Below, piece by piece: positions 41,660-56,759 of a stretch of DNA of 64,000 bases. The stretch covers positions 256,618,001 to 256,682,000 of the forward strand of contig OZ024743.1 of NCBI GenBank assembly GCA_964016885.1. Reading direction: 5' to 3'. This DNA is from Eledone cirrhosa (taxonomy: Eukaryota). The notes beneath the pieces are model-generated. The model made no database searches and was not told where the DNA came from. It worked only from the letters and a program-made list of their open reading frames with translations. The position numbers were made by a program, and so were the translations under genes. How positions within the stretch are numbered: the stretch's first letter is position 1; each line of letters starts with the position of its first letter.

Positions 41660-42060
41660 ATTGCTCTGTTGTCATCTGTTGGCAAGGTTCAGGCAAATAT
41701 TTTCCCTTCCCACCTCAATAATTCCCTTGTAGTATGTGCCCTTCCAGAATCTTAGTATGGTAACAGAACAACGACTATGACCTTTACAGCAAGACACATG
41801 CATGAAAGTTCTATGAGCAGAGCATGGACATTGTCCAGGTTTTTGTTGATCATACAAAATCCTTTGATACTGTGAACTGAGAACTCTAATGGAAACTACT
41901 CTGCAAACTCAATTGTCTTGGTTTCTTTTTATTAATGATTAAATCACTGAACGATGAAATGGAAGCCTTGGTAATATCAATGGAAACCTAACAGGATTCA
42001 TTCTTGCTGAGAATAGTTGTCAATCATAGTGTCATCAATGCCCTAAAAATCTTTACATTG
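41660..42060 (+). mobile_element. Decayed RTE-like RT fragment
   Basis: ...QVFVDHTKSFDTVN... at ~41835-41880, similar to QVFVDLTKAFDTVN at ~55550. Confidence 0.5.
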
Positions 42061-42264
42061 CCTATTACAATTACTCATTCTTATGCTTTTTCTTCTGATT
42101 GCTCTTCTAGTATATGCAAATCTTCATGTGCGAGGCAATCCACAATTTGATCATCATCTCTTATATTCTCAATTGGCTAATTATTATTATTATTATTATT
42201 ATTATTATTTGAATATTATTTGATAATACATAAACTGCTGGCCTTGTGCCCAAAGTAGAAACAA

Positions 42265-42730
42265 TTATTATTATTATTTGAAACTTCCTTTGAATTCTGC
42301 TTCTTTCCAAAATCATGCCAAGTGTCAACCCGATACCTGAAGCAAAATTTGATAATACACAAATTTTACAATCAATTGTCATACAAATGATGCTACAAAG
42401 ATACAAACTCATTTTAAATGTATAATGATCTTCTCAGAACACGAACAACGCCTGTCAGCACTATTTTCGGTATCTCTTGCAGAGATGGCTTTCCAGGTGT
42501 CTGGTCCAAATATCTTTTAGTTTCCTTTTTTATCATTCCGAGTTCACCGACTATCACTGCTATTGTACAGGCCTTAAGATGCCACATTTCTTCAATTTCA
42601 GCTGATAGATCTATATACATTCTGAGCTTTCTGAACTCTTTCAAGGAGATGTTACAATATCATGAAATGCTCATGTCAATTAAGAAACATTTTTTCTTTA
42701 TGTTCTTTCACAATTATATCAGGTCTATTC
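42265..42730 (-). mobile_element. 3' end (RLE domain + UTR) of an R4/Dong-like LINE
   Basis: NRPDIIVKEHKEK (PD..D motif), KLRMYIDLSAEIEEMW, IAVIVGELGMI, SLQEIPKIVLTGVVRVLRRSL. Ends in (TAA)n on its own strand. Confidence 0.75.
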
Positions 42731-42956
42731 TCACCTGGCTCCTTCCTCAGATTGGTTGCTGTCATTCCGATTATGTGAAGGAGCTTGGTTGTATGGGTCT
42801 GAAGTACAAAGAGGAAATGGGCGTACAAGATTCGGTAGGCGTTTGTCTTTCTACCCTCTGAATTGCAGATCATGGTACTGGTGTTTGTGGCCAATATGTC
42901 ATCTGCTAATTTAATACGATATACATATATATACTTATATACTTACACAAGCATTT

Positions 42957-43075
<119 letters not shown>

Positions 43076-43077
43076 TG

Positions 43078-43139
<62 letters not shown>

Positions 43140-43194
43140 TGTATATGTATATATATATATATATATGTATACATATATGTATATATATATATAC

Positions 43195-43261
<67 letters not shown>

Positions 43262-43262
43262 C

Positions 43263-43311
<49 letters not shown>

Positions 43312-43386
43312 TATACATATACATATATATATATATATACATATATATACATATACATATATATATATATACATATATATATATAC

Positions 43387-43608
<222 letters not shown>

Positions 43609-43616
43609 ATATATAC

Positions 43617-43666
<50 letters not shown>

Positions 43667-43738
43667 GGAGCTTCCAACCGACATGGTCGCATTCTTTAGG
43701 GGTATGTCAATATTTGTTTATAAAACTGATCTACATTA

Positions 43739-43803
43739 TATTTTATCTGATGAAAGCGCACCATAATTTGCTTTGGTGTGCTTGAAATATGTATAATGAA
43801 ATA
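43739..43803 (+). ncRNA. Type I hammerhead ribozyme
   Basis: Stem I TATTTTAT/ATGAAATA, CTGATGA 43747-43753, stem II AAGCGCACCA/TGGTGTGCTT, GAAA 43784-43787, minimal stem III, predicted AUA cleavage after 43795. Confidence 0.75.
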
Positions 43804-43843
43804 AATAGGGTTTTATAAATATAGTTTCCATTTGTTAATATAT

Positions 43844-43957
<114 letters not shown>

Positions 43958-43997
43958 ATATATTAACAAATGGAAACTATATTTATAAAACCCTATT

Positions 43998-44062
43998 TAT
44001 TTCATTATACATATTTCAAGCACACCAAAGCAAATTATGGTGCGCTTTCATCAGATAAAATA
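43998..44062 (-). ncRNA. Type I hammerhead ribozyme, mirror copy
   Basis: Reverse complement of 43739-43803. Confidence 0.72.
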
Positions 44063-44134
44063 TAATGTAGATCAGTTTTATAAACAAATACTGACATACC
44101 CCTAAAGAATGCGACCATGTCGGTTGGAAGCTCC

Positions 44135-44186
<52 letters not shown>

Positions 44187-44190
44187 GTAT

Positions 44191-44266
<76 letters not shown>

Positions 44267-44274
44267 GTATATAT

Positions 44275-44358
<84 letters not shown>

Positions 44359-44397
44359 GTATATATATATATGTATATATATGTATATATATATATG

Positions 44398-44428
<31 letters not shown>

Positions 44429-44489
44429 GTATATGTATATATATGTATATATATATATGTATATATATATATGTATATGTATATATATG

Positions 44490-44536
<47 letters not shown>

Positions 44537-44537
44537 G

Positions 44538-44570
<33 letters not shown>

Positions 44571-44747
44571 GTATATGTATATATATGTATATATATATAT
44601 GTATATATACATATATATATATGTATATATATATATGTATATATATATATATGTATATATATATGTATATATATATATATATGTATATATATATGTATAT
44701 ATATATATATGTATATATATATGTATATATATATATATGTATATATG

Positions 44748-44797
<50 letters not shown>

Positions 44798-45275
44798 TAT
44801 ATATATATATGTATATATGTATATATATATGTATATATATGTATATATATATGTATATATATATATGTATATATGTATATATATATATGTATATATGTAT
44901 ATATATATATGTATATATGTATATATATATATGTATATATGTATATATATATGTATATATGTATATATATATATGTATATATGTATATATATATATATGT
45001 ATATATGTATATATATATGTATATATATGTATATATATATGTATATATATATATGTATATATGTATATATATATATGTATATATGTATATATATATATGT
45101 ATATATGTATATATATATATGTATATATGTATATATATATGTATATATGTATATATATATATGTATATATGTATATATATGTATATATGTATATATATAT
45201 GTATATATATATGTATATATATATGTATATATATATGTATATATATATGTATATATGTATATATATATGTATATA

Positions 45276-45351
<76 letters not shown>

Positions 45352-45352
<1 letters not shown>

Positions 45353-45695
45353 TGGAGGCACATGGCTTAGTGGTTAGAGCATTGGCCTTGCAATCGAAAG
45401 GTTGTGAGTTCAATTCTGAGACCGGGTGATGTGTTGTTTCCTTGAGCAAGACACTTTATTTCACATTGCTCCAGTTTATTCAGCTGTAGAAATGAGATGA
45501 TAGGACTGGGGTCCCTATCATTCCACTGCAAAGTGGTCGTGGAGGTGCCACGGCTAAAAAGCACCCAGCACTCACTGTAATGAGGTTGGTGTTAGGAAGG
45601 CCATCCAGCTGCAGAAATCAAGCCAGAATCAGTTCCCGTCTCACCCTTGTAAGCAGGGAAAAAGCGGACGAAAAATGAAATGATGATGATGATGA
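45352..45695 (+). mobile_element. Full-length SINE B (tRNA head, RTE-type tail)
   Basis: TGGCTTAGTGGTTAGAGC A-box, GAGTTCAATTC B-box, GTTAGGAAGG.CATCCAGCTG, (GAT)n tail. Confidence 0.88.
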
Positions 45696-45845
45696 TATAT
45701 ATATATATATATATATGCAAAAGGCAAACAGAAATATGAAAGCAATCCATTCAGTACAACGAAGAAATATATTATTAGTTTTTACGCTTGATATAGTAGG
45801 AAAAGAGTCTTAACGTTTCATACACTAGTCTTTCCTCAGAAAATA

Positions 45846-45935
45846 GATTTATAAATTAAAGATTTATAAATTAAAGATTTATAAATTAAAGATTTATAAA
45901 ATAAAGATTTATAAATTAAAGATTTATAAATTAAA
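45846..45935. repeat. 15-bp tandem repeat GATTTATAAATTAAA, about 6 copies
   Basis: Directly visible. Confidence 0.9.
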
Positions 45936-46019
45936 GAAGAAATACAGAAGTAGCAGAAACAAAAACAAAATGTTTAGGGGAAAGCAACAGGCCCATTCAT
46001 GTTGCCAACTCTACAAAAA

Positions 46020-46570
46020 CTGTTGATGCATAGAAGGGTCTCTGTGTTGTGACCAGTCGTTTTTGATGTTGTCGGACCAGGATTTTTTTATCAGCCTCTT
46101 CTTCGCCCTCCCTCAACTGTACCCTGAAGGATGGTTTCGGACAAGTAATGTGGTGGGTTATATGACCATACCAGGCAAGCTTCCATGTTTACACTATCAC
46201 AAGGAGTGGTTCCTGTCTGCCGTCATATTTTTTAACATGGCGCCTGACAAGGCAGATTGTTTTGGGCTCCGAGTAATGCAATGTGTAGCAAGTTTCTGAA
46301 GTACTTCTGTTCAAATGACTAGATACTTCGTTCCATGTCAGGTGTGGGAGTACAACTCTTACACCCATACAAAATGATCGAAGTCACCAAGGACTTGTAT
46401 AGTTTGAGATTCATTGGAAAAGTGATTGAGTTGCTTTTCCATATGACATTCAGCTTTACCATGGCGAGTTTTGTCATTATCTCTTTTTGAGACCTGCCAT
46501 CTTTGGTCAGAGTGGATCCTAGATACTTGAACGTGTCTACGTCTTCAAGTCTTCCTCTGTTCAGCATATC
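46020..46570 (-). mobile_element. RTE-like LINE 3' fragment
   Basis: LEDVDTFKYLGSTLTKDGRSQKEI...LKLYKSLVTSIILYGCKS, plus a downstream GRAKKR.IKKSWSDNIK-like trace. Confidence 0.75.
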
Positions 46571-46712
46571 TATGTAAAATGTGTGAGTGTGTGTGTGTGT
46601 GTGTATCTATTTATAATTATATTGGTACACGTAATATTTATAGTTCTCATACAAATATTGTTTGATGTCTCCTAATATCTTTCATTTTCATTCCTTCCCA
46701 CTACCTTATTCG

Positions 46713-46758
<46 letters not shown>

Positions 46759-47073
46759 GAAGGTCAATTATTTTTCTCACTGTAAACATCACCCACCAAA
46801 CACTATTTGAATCTACATATATGTCAATGATTGAATGTTAATATATTAACTGAATTATTAACACGGAGTATTGAATACAAAGGAAAAAATGAATAAAACA
46901 CTTACTTTCTTGTTTTCTTGGAATAGAATTAGTTACATGACCTCCACAATATAGTCCTTTCTTTATTTCTGCCTTCAGTTGTATCGAGTCTTTGTAGTTT
47001 TCTATTTTCTACATGCAATGATGATATCACCTGCATAAAAACCAATGTGAAACGTCTTTAATTTTTTTTAGAA

Positions 47074-47133
<60 letters not shown>

Positions 47134-47222
47134 GTGTGTATATATATAAATATTTATGCATTAACACACGCACACATATATGTGTGCGTGTGTTAATATC
47201 GTATATTTAAACATTTGTAGAA

Positions 47223-47275
<53 letters not shown>

Positions 47276-47283
47276 AATAATAA

Positions 47284-47398
47284 CTGTTTCTACTTTTGGC
47301 ACAAGGCCAGCAAATAACCAGTGCATTACTGGTACTTTATTTTATCGACCCCATAAGGATGAAAGGCAAAGTTAACCTCGGCGGGATTTGAACTCAGA
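47284..47398 (-). mobile_element. 5'-truncated SINE A, TSD AGTAATAATAA
   Basis: Duplication at 47273-47283 and 47399-47409. Confidence 0.8.
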
Positions 47399-47446
47399 AG
47401 TAATAATAATAAATGTGAAGACTAAAATCCAAAGAGGGCTCGATAA

Positions 47447-47516
<70 letters not shown>

Positions 47517-47579
47517 GAGAGAGAGAAAGAAAGAGAGACTGAAACGAACATCGACAATATTTTTAGATAACTGCGAACG

Positions 47580-47880
47580 TGGGAAACGTATTAAGATATG
47601 GTATCCTGTATCGTTTAAATCCCCTCACTAACTCACTACAGCTTCTGGTCCACAAAAGTGATGCCTCCTCCTTCAGCCTCATCTACCGTTATTACAAAGG
47701 TCTCTGCTCCTCCGAGTTTGTTGCTCTCATGCTACTTCATAAAATACTCCCCTGTAAACGTTTGGCATACAAAAAGGATAGGATCTTTCTTTTGGTGTGA
47801 CGCCCCAGTGGAGTTACACCCAAAGTTCTTCCACCCAACATTGAAGTTATGGTCGTCTTCGACTAGGGAAGACGAACAAC
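47580..47880 (+). mobile_element. Possible 3' fragment of a Jockey/CR1-group LINE
   Basis: SLQLLVHKSDASSFSLIYRYYKGLCSSE resembles the L.PL.HRR.VASL.LFYRYY.G.CS.EL C-terminal motif. Confidence 0.5.
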
Positions 47881-48208
47881 AACATCACAATGGGACAATG
47901 TTTCTTTTTTATGTATATATTGTTTCTTTTTCATGTATATATTGTTTCTTTTTTATGTATATATTCTCCCCCCCCCTCCTCCCATAGTTCAAATCCCACC
48001 GAGTTCAACTTCTTCTTTCATTTTCCAGGGTCGACAAAATAATAGTATGCAAGTACTGAGGTCGATTTAATCAATTGCCTCATCCTTCAAAATATTTTGG
48101 TCTTGGGGTGACATTCACTCTAATTATATTTTCAGTTCAAATCACACCGAGTTTAAATTTGTATTTAATCCTTCCGGGGTCGACACAAAGTACCAGTGAC
48201 GTGTTAGG

Positions 48209-48281
<73 letters not shown>

Positions 48282-50347
48282 CTGAATAAGAATGGGTATG
48301 GCATTCGTTCATTACCAAATGCGAAAAAGCTCAATGTATTAACGGAAGAATACAGAGCTTAATTTAAATCAAGTGCCAACCAAAGGTGATATTTCAAATA
48401 ATTATATATGCGTAGGTGTTAATAAAAGGATTTGAAGTATCATTTTTGGTTGTCACGCAATGTAAATTATAATATATGTGTGTGTAGGTGTACATGTCAC
48501 TGTTTTCCCCAACACAACCACCATCTCCACCACCACAAAAAAGCTTCTGTCCTTGAAGCTAAATCAGAAACACAATCTTAAAGTCACCATTGCCTTCCAT
48601 ACTTCTGGGGTTGATAAAATAAAATACCAGTCAAGAAATCGGGGTCGATTTAATGGCCATTTCTTTCTATCAACATTGCTGGCCTTGTGCCTATTTTAGA
48701 AACCATTATTGGTGTAGTTGTAGTTATTTTTTGTTCTTGTTTTTATTTTCTCCTTGCAATATAATTCTTCAAAGTAAGTTATGTTACTTGAAAGAAATAA
48801 AACTTCTTTCCCAGACATGATAACAATAGATATTAATACACTTTCTTGGGTGATTTTTTTCTTCTTGGTTTCCCACTGAGTTTTTCATGTTTAACGTAGA
48901 CAAACAAACAAACAAGTAAAACTTAACTAACAACTTAGACAAAAAAGAGAAAAAAACGTTATCACTGTTGTGTTCTCTAAAAATTCTTACGTCCTTTGTT
49001 CACTAAACCATCTCAACAATGCTTAACTGATTTCAAAGTTACAATAGTAAATAATAAAATGGGTATTACATATTGTCAGAAATAACCTTAACACAAGATG
49101 TGACTTTAGAAATCTAAGCCCGGAATCTACCAACTTTTTAGATCACTCATCCCTTCATGGAATCCGTGACAATTCATCGACCCCAAACATGTATAATAAT
49201 CAAATGAATATAAAATAGACAAGTAAACATTATAGAATAAACAAAAACGATTAATTATATATAAATTAGAAACCTGTATTTTATAGTACTATTTTATGTA
49301 TTCTAATTTATACAAACGTGAGGTTTGACCGAAATATTCGATTGAGCCTCTGGGTAGGCTCATGGACGCCAAAGGGTCGATATCGCCTACTTTTCAAATA
49401 ATTTTGGAAATAAACAAGAATTTTGCGAGATTTAGAAATTTCTTGTCATTAAGCTACAATTTGGAACATAATAAAGATTTTTAGGTAAAATCACGATGGA
49501 AGATTGTTAGATAAACAGATACATTTTGAAACAAACAGCTTTGTATCGTAAAACCAGAGGTGTTTTCAGGCGTTTTTTTTACTATTAAAAAGAGTATAAT
49601 CACTAAATTTAAGATTTTTCTACAAGCAATGATTTTAAGAATCTAAATACAAGCAATGACCTTATGTTTATAACAGTTCGTCGTTTCCCATTGTCGGGGA
49701 TGAGAAATATTCGTGTATTTACTTAACTTTTCCCTGTTATCACGATTACAGGGAAATTGTTAAAAATTAGAGACATACGAACTGTAGATATATATTGAAC
49801 TTGACATCAATGGTTTCCTGAAATAACGAGAACAAATATTCCATTTTTTGTTGTTATTCCTCTTCTTGTATATTTTCTATTTGTTTGTTGTGAAATTTGT
49901 TTTTGTTGTTGTTTTCTTTATTTGATGGAATATTAACGATATCTGTATCAACCTGCTATTTCAATAAATTTCGGCCAGGCAAATACTATTTTAAGAAAGT
50001 TAGGAAAAATTATGCGGAAGAAATATTAGAGAGAGGGAGAGCAGCAATTTGGTGGAGGGAAGGAAAAACGATTAAGTCAATCCTGAAGCGAAAGAAAGTA
50101 AACTTGATTTCGGCGGGATTTTAACTTAGAATGGTAATGACCCAGAAAAACTACACTTGTAAATATAACGATGAAAGTAATTATCACAAATAATTATCTA
50201 TTTCATCGAAATGCAAGTTCAAGTCTCACTCAAAAAGACACACCACTTCTAACATCATCTATTTTTATTTCAGGTTTTGAAAGTATGAAATATGTTATCT
50301 GGAAAACTATTATTGAACACTTCCTCTTTAAATAAAGGGTGGCCCGT

Positions 50348-50450
50348 GAGGTTAACTTTGCCTTTCATCCTTACGGGGTCGATAAAATAAAGTACCAGTA
50401 ATACAATGGGATAATTGCTGGCCTTGTGCCAAAAGTAGAAAGAATTATTA
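50348..50450 (+). mobile_element. 5'-truncated SINE A
   Basis: Exact core GAGGTTAACTTTGCCTTTCATCCTTACGGGGTCGATAAAATAAAGTACCAG. Confidence 0.85.
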
Positions 50451-51933
50451 AATTTAGAATTTTTTTTTTTTTTTTTTTCTTACTATTAATATTTTTTTTC
50501 CTTCGAATGTTGAAATTCTGGAACATGTTACCTGGAAATTTATAATGAATAATTCCATGGTAACATACTTTCAAAATCTGAAAAGAAAAATACGAAAACA
50601 AATGTGCAAGTAAAACAAACATTATTAAACTTTCAGTCAGTTAGGAAATTTAAAGAACACTTATTATTAAACTCGGAAATAAAGAATCTGTTGTAATCCA
50701 TTTTAAAATAGGTTCAAATGTGTTAGGAATGGATCGATTAAAAAGGTATTTACTTAATATGTAGCTGACAACTATGTTTAATCATATAACTGATATTGTT
50801 AACAATATTAATAATTCAACAGATTTCAATACTAGATATTAAAATTCCACAAGGTACTGTTTAAATCTATCGAAGAGTTTTCACCTGGATTAGGACGCTC
50901 TACAAATAAGAAACCTATAGATAGAACCGGGTCAGTGCAGATTTAAAAAGCCAAATTGGTAAAAGAAGAAAGAATTAGAAGGTGAAGAAGTGCTGAAGGA
51001 ACAGTATATTGGAAACGAATGATTACAATGATAGCCATTGGTTCTAAAGAGAAACGGCAAGGCATTGTGTCAAACAATGTCATGTAAAATGCATGCTACA
51101 TAAAGTGATCTCTAATTTAGTTACAAGACTAACAAATTTGGGGTAAAAGGCAAAGTTAATCAAATCAAGCTCAGTATTTCACTGCTAATTTATTTTATCC
51201 ACTTCGGAATGATAAAAGACAAAGTTGACCTCAGCGGGATTTGAACTCTGAACATAAAGTTATGTAACAAAATGACAAAAGATTTTTGCCTGAGGTAAAA
51301 AGAACAGTACATTGAAACATGCTAATTACAGCGGCAGCGCTGCTCCTAACGCCATTGTTTCGAAATTGTAATAGCATGGCAATGTATCAAGTAGCGGTAT
51401 TTGAACTCAGAATGTAAAGATCCAGATCAACTGTTACAATAGCATTTTTTTTCTGATGCTCTACCAAATTTGCCAATCCACCATACTTAAATACCACATA
51501 AGTTAAAATGTACTGGTGTTGTACGAAATATACCAGAACTAGTACATTTAACATATAGTGCTAATAATATTCTGTTTTTCTGGATATCCAAGGTTGTGGA
51601 TAGATGACATCGGCACAGCAATGGACAATTTGTTTCGAGGTGATTTATAAAAATATCTATCACAAACAGTATATCTTGCAACTTTCTTATTCCTTTACTG
51701 GATTCAGTCATCTGGTTGTGGTCAGGCTCAGGCACCGCACTGTAAAGATTTTAGTTGATCATATTGAATCCTAATACAAATATTTTTTAAGGTTTGGTAC
51801 TTATTGTATCAATATGTTTTAGTATAACTGCAAACTTACAGGTGTCATAGAAACTTATTTCTATATCAAAGATTTATACACTGCTATGTATTGAGTAACT
51901 TACTGTGGTTACCCCCGATTGAACCCTGGATAT

Positions 51934-51997
<64 letters not shown>

Positions 51998-52001
51998 ATG
52001 T

Positions 52002-52234
52002 TGTTATATTTGGGGCTGTTCATGTTTGCAATATTGCCAAAAGAAGAAAACACAAGCATCATATATTTTTACTTTAACTTTATCTTCATTGTTCGTCATT
52101 CATTCGTTAGTCAAAGTTCTTTCGTCACAGATGCTGTGACCTCCTCAATGACTGTCTGTTTTGTGCCTCCTCGATTATATGGTCTCAATGTTCAACTCTA
52201 TCTTATCTTTGTCTTGTGGCACGTGAGTTATACA
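52002..52234 (+). mobile_element. Relative of the 28285-28564 TG...CA element
   Basis: Starts TGTTATATTTGGGG after (TA)n. Internal TCAAAG.TCTTTCGTCACA.AT.CTGTGACCTCC is shared with ~28404-28440. Confidence 0.55.
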
Positions 52235-52248
52235 TAAATATATATATA

Positions 52249-53040
52249 TTATTACTAATTATATCTAAATGTTTCTTCTCTCTTCATAATGTATTTTTAA
52301 CTCTGATACTGGTTCAGTCTAATTCAACCGGATTGGTCTGTCCCAGTCATTCATTGAGCAACATCGGTGAGGTTGGCACCATTAACTCACGGTTGGGTGT
52401 GGATGCATTCATGTATATGTGTGTGTCCACATGTATATGTGTGTTTCTAAATATATTGTTAATAACTCCCTCTGGTTGAGTAATCTTTGAAGTGTGGTGA
52501 CTGCTGGAAAGCTGCCATTACTCATACTTCTCGCCTCCTTCACCACCTCTTCTACGGCTTCGATATAAATACCCCCTCCGCCTCCGTGGTATTTTCTTCG
52601 GGGTTATAAGAGGCTTAGCTCTGTTTCTTGACCGTTATATCGCGTGACTATCTCCCCCTCCGCCTTTTGGGATTCTTTCTCACGTCGTGTAGACGCGTTC
52701 TTGAAACTAGTAAAATGAGGTATCCTCTTGATAAGTCGGCAGACCTCGCAAAGACTCTATATCTTTATGATGTATTGTTTTTGTTTATGCCACGAAACTA
52801 CGTACTCGAGGAATCTAGGAGCAGTTTAGGTATGATACATTTTATTACTAATTATATCTAAATGTTTCTTCTCTCTTCATAATGTATTTTTAACTCTGAT
52901 ACTGGTTCAGTCTAATTCAACCGGATTGGTCTGTCCCAGTCATTCATTGAGCAACATCGGTGAGGTTGGCACCATTAACTCACGGTTGGGTGTGGATGCA
53001 TTCATGTATATGTGTGTGTCCGCATGTATCTGTGTGTTTC

Positions 53041-53049
<9 letters not shown>
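52249..53049 (+). repeat. 1.35 units of a 593-bp repeat (~205-bp direct repeats) with a degenerate hammerhead motif
   Basis: 52249-52456 is repeated at 52842-53049. Motif TCCTC-TTGATAA-GTCGGCA..TGCCAC-GAAA-CTACGTAC-TC-GAGGA at 52723-52812. Both ends lie in TA runs. Confidence 0.75.
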
Positions 53050-53130
<81 letters not shown>

Positions 53131-53533
53131 TGACGGCTTTTTCAAAATTTCTGTCTACCAAATTCCACAGACAAAGTATTAGTGAACTCAAACTTATAGA
53201 ATAAGACACTCATACGAAACCACCTGGTTGTGAAGTAAATACCTTAACCACGTGGCTATACATAAAATCTGTTTTGTTGGTAGACATATATTTTTGACTT
53301 ACGAACAAATATTATTAACTACATTTCATAATTTCTAGAAGCAACAGACAGAACTTGTAAGAGTAAAAAAAATTAAAGAAATCAACGTAATATTCTTCAA
53401 ATTAAATTTATCGAAATAAAACGATTCTGTTAAGAATTTCAAGAAAGAAAGTTATATCTATTTTTATTTTTATTTCTGAATTATATTGTTTTAATTAATT
53501 ATTTTTTCATCTATATATTGATGTCAAATACGA

Positions 53534-53593
<60 letters not shown>

Positions 53594-53777
53594 ACATACA
53601 AAAATATATACACATGCGCAAAATATATACATAATATAAGCATATACTTTAAATATATATATATTTATATATGTATATATATATATATTTATATACATAT
53701 ACACATATATATATTTATTAAAATAGCAGATTAAAGTTTAAGCAAAGAATCGCTGCTTTCACCATTATTATTATTAT

Positions 53778-53819
<42 letters not shown>

Positions 53820-54118
53820 ATATGTATGTATATAAATATACATATATATACATATATAAATATATTTATATTTAAAGTGTATATGTGTTAAATGCTTATA
53901 TCATGTATGTATTGTGCGCATATGTATATATTTTTGTATGTACATATATGTATGTATGTACATACAAACATATAATACGCACAACCATATATACATATAT
54001 TATCTGAATTAAAACTGAAAATGACGCCATTAGGGAGGTAAGATGGATGCTTTGTTTTTCATTAAACGTAGTTTAATGTTAACTAACGACTTTCAATTAA
54101 AATGGCGCCTTTTACTAG

Positions 54119-54154
<36 letters not shown>

Positions 54155-54295
54155 GTATATATATGTGTATGTGTGTGTGTGTGTGTTTGTCTATGTCTAT
54201 GTATATGTATATGTGTATGTAAGTATTTTAATATTAACTAACGACTTTCAATTAAACTGGCGCTTTTAAACATTTCCAGTAAATGAGCAAGCTAT

Positions 54296-54332
<37 letters not shown>

Positions 54333-54374
54333 CTTACATATATATATATATAGTATATATATAGTATCTATATA

Positions 54375-54457
<83 letters not shown>

Positions 54458-54459
54458 GA

Positions 54460-56370
54460 TGGTTCGGGGGAAATTTAAGTTACGTATTCGGAAAACAAAT
54501 CTCGTATGTGTGGGATCAAAACACTGAAGCGTATTATTGCTAGAAAATTAAAACAGCAAGAGGTACATAAGGCTTTGAATAAACGTTTGAATAATATTGA
54601 CTTCGTTGGAACGTGGATTAACCTCAGGGATCAATTGTATACAGCAGGAGCAGAAGAACTTGGGTTCAGGGCGCAAAACAACATAAAGACTAGTTTGATG
54701 ATGATAATCTGGTTATCGACCAACTATTAAAGAAAAAAATATGCACTTCATGAAAAACCTCTGGGAGACTACCCTACAAATTTAATTGCTGTTAAAATGA
54801 TATATAAAGAATATAAACCCACCTTACAACGCAAGTTGAGAAGCCTTAAAAATGAATGGTGGTTGAAACCCTCTGAAGATACTCAAAGTACTTATAGCGC
54901 AAAGGATTCAAAACTGTTTTTTGTGTGCGGTATATGGTCCAACAACTTCGTCTATTGTTCCCATAAGGCCCAATGAGGATACTGGCATCATCAAAAAATC
55001 AGAGAAAATCCTTAAGCGTTGGCAAGAACATTTCACTGATTTATTTGATAATCCATCATCAGTTGATAATGATGTGCTAGATGGCATCCTCCAATGTGTT
55101 GTAAATTTTAAAATGGATCGATTACCAGATTATAATGAGGTTTAAATGGCCATCAACCATTTAAACACGGGTAAGGCACCTGGATCAGTAGGAATTCCTG
55201 TGGAATTTTAAAGGCTGGTAATAAGAACATAACACAAACAATACTCTATCTCATCACAGAGTGCTGGGCTGAGCTTCTATACCACAAGATTGGATAGATG
55301 GCATCTTGATGACCTTGTTTAAAGGGAAAAGGGATAAAGGAATCTGTGATCACTACCATGGCATCACTCTGTTGGAGTCTGTAGGCAAAGTTCTTGCTAG
55401 AATATTGTTGAACAGGTTGATGGAGGACATTTGTCTTACAATAATCCCTGAATCACAAAGTGGCTTTAGATCTGGGAGAGAGACAATTGATATGATCTCT
55501 GCAAGGCAGATTCAGGAGAAATGTATTGAGCAGCGGGTTCCTCTGAATCAGGTTTTTGTTGATCTGACAAAGGCCTTTGATACGGTGAACAGAGGTGCAC
55601 TGTGGAAAATATTAGGGAACATAGAGTGCACACCAACGTTTATTGATACGTTCATCCGACTGCACAGAAATATGAAGGCTCGGGTTATCTAGAATGGATA
55701 ATTGTCCAATGAAATCCCAGTTGATAATGGCGTGAAACAGGGCGATATCCCGGCACCCACACTATGTTTTGCTGTGAGGCTGACTCATGCATTCCAGAAA
55801 TGTGCAAAGGGCGTTCTATTGCAAGTTAGAACTACAGGATGGATCTTTGACCTAAGGTGGTTTAATTTCAAATCAAAGGTGATCCAAATATTAATTAGAG
55901 AACTCCTGTATGCAGACCATGTTGACTTTCTGGCTCACTCTCAAGGTGACATGCAACACACCATGCATTTTTTTCAGCTTCTTGTAATGCTTTTGGCATG
56001 AAAATTAATCTAGAAATGATCAAGGTAATGCTCACCCCATCACCAGAGGACATGTGAGGGAAGGCTGCCGAATGTTTGAAAAGAGACGTCTTGATCATGA
56101 AGAACTTAAATGTCAGCTTCGAAAAGGTTACAGTATGAACCTTAATAAGAACATAGCGAGCTGGATTTGTAAGTTATGTGGTCGTTTACTGCTTTCTAAA
56201 TCTGGGTACATCAATCATTGAAATCTCATAAAAAGCCAACTGTATGTAGCTCTATCCCTCCTAGGTGAGACAACATGTGTGGTGTACAAAAAGATCTGGA
56301 ACTCAATATCTGGTCTTAAAACGCATAGGAGGTTACATAAGGATGACATCCCACAATCAATCCAATAGGG
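54460..56370 (+). mobile_element. Decayed RTE-clade (BovB-like) LINE with C-terminal C2H2-like fingers
   Basis: AVYGPTT, ILKRWQEHF, YHGITLL, PESQSGFRSGR, VFVDLTKAFDTVNR, GVKQGDIPAPTL, ELLYADH. C-terminal CKLCGR..GYINH and CVVYKK..GLKTHRRLH. Confidence 0.88.
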
Positions 56371-56526
56371 GACAGAACTTTTGTCTGTCACATTTGCTAC
56401 AGACCGTGCAAATCTAATGGTGGACTTAAAACCCACCTAAGGGGCCATGGACGGACGTTTGGAGTTGGTGAAGGTTTATGAGGGTACATAGGGAGACAGC
56501 GACCATCTGATAAGATGAAGCAATCA

Positions 56527-56585
<59 letters not shown>

Positions 56586-56640
56586 TATACATATATATAT
56601 ACATATATATATATATATAAAAATATATATATATATATAT

Positions 56641-56693
<53 letters not shown>

Positions 56694-56759
56694 TACATAT
56701 ATATATATATATACATATATATATACATATATATATATATATAAAGAGAGATAGACACA

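Noticed and set aside
45352-45425. tRNA gene
   Set aside because: It has A and B boxes but no proper acceptor stem, and it continues into a SINE body and tail.
49310-49700. Possible DNA-transposon end with a TGAGCCT/AGGCTCA hairpin
   Set aside because: No matching second terminus or TSD was found in the window.
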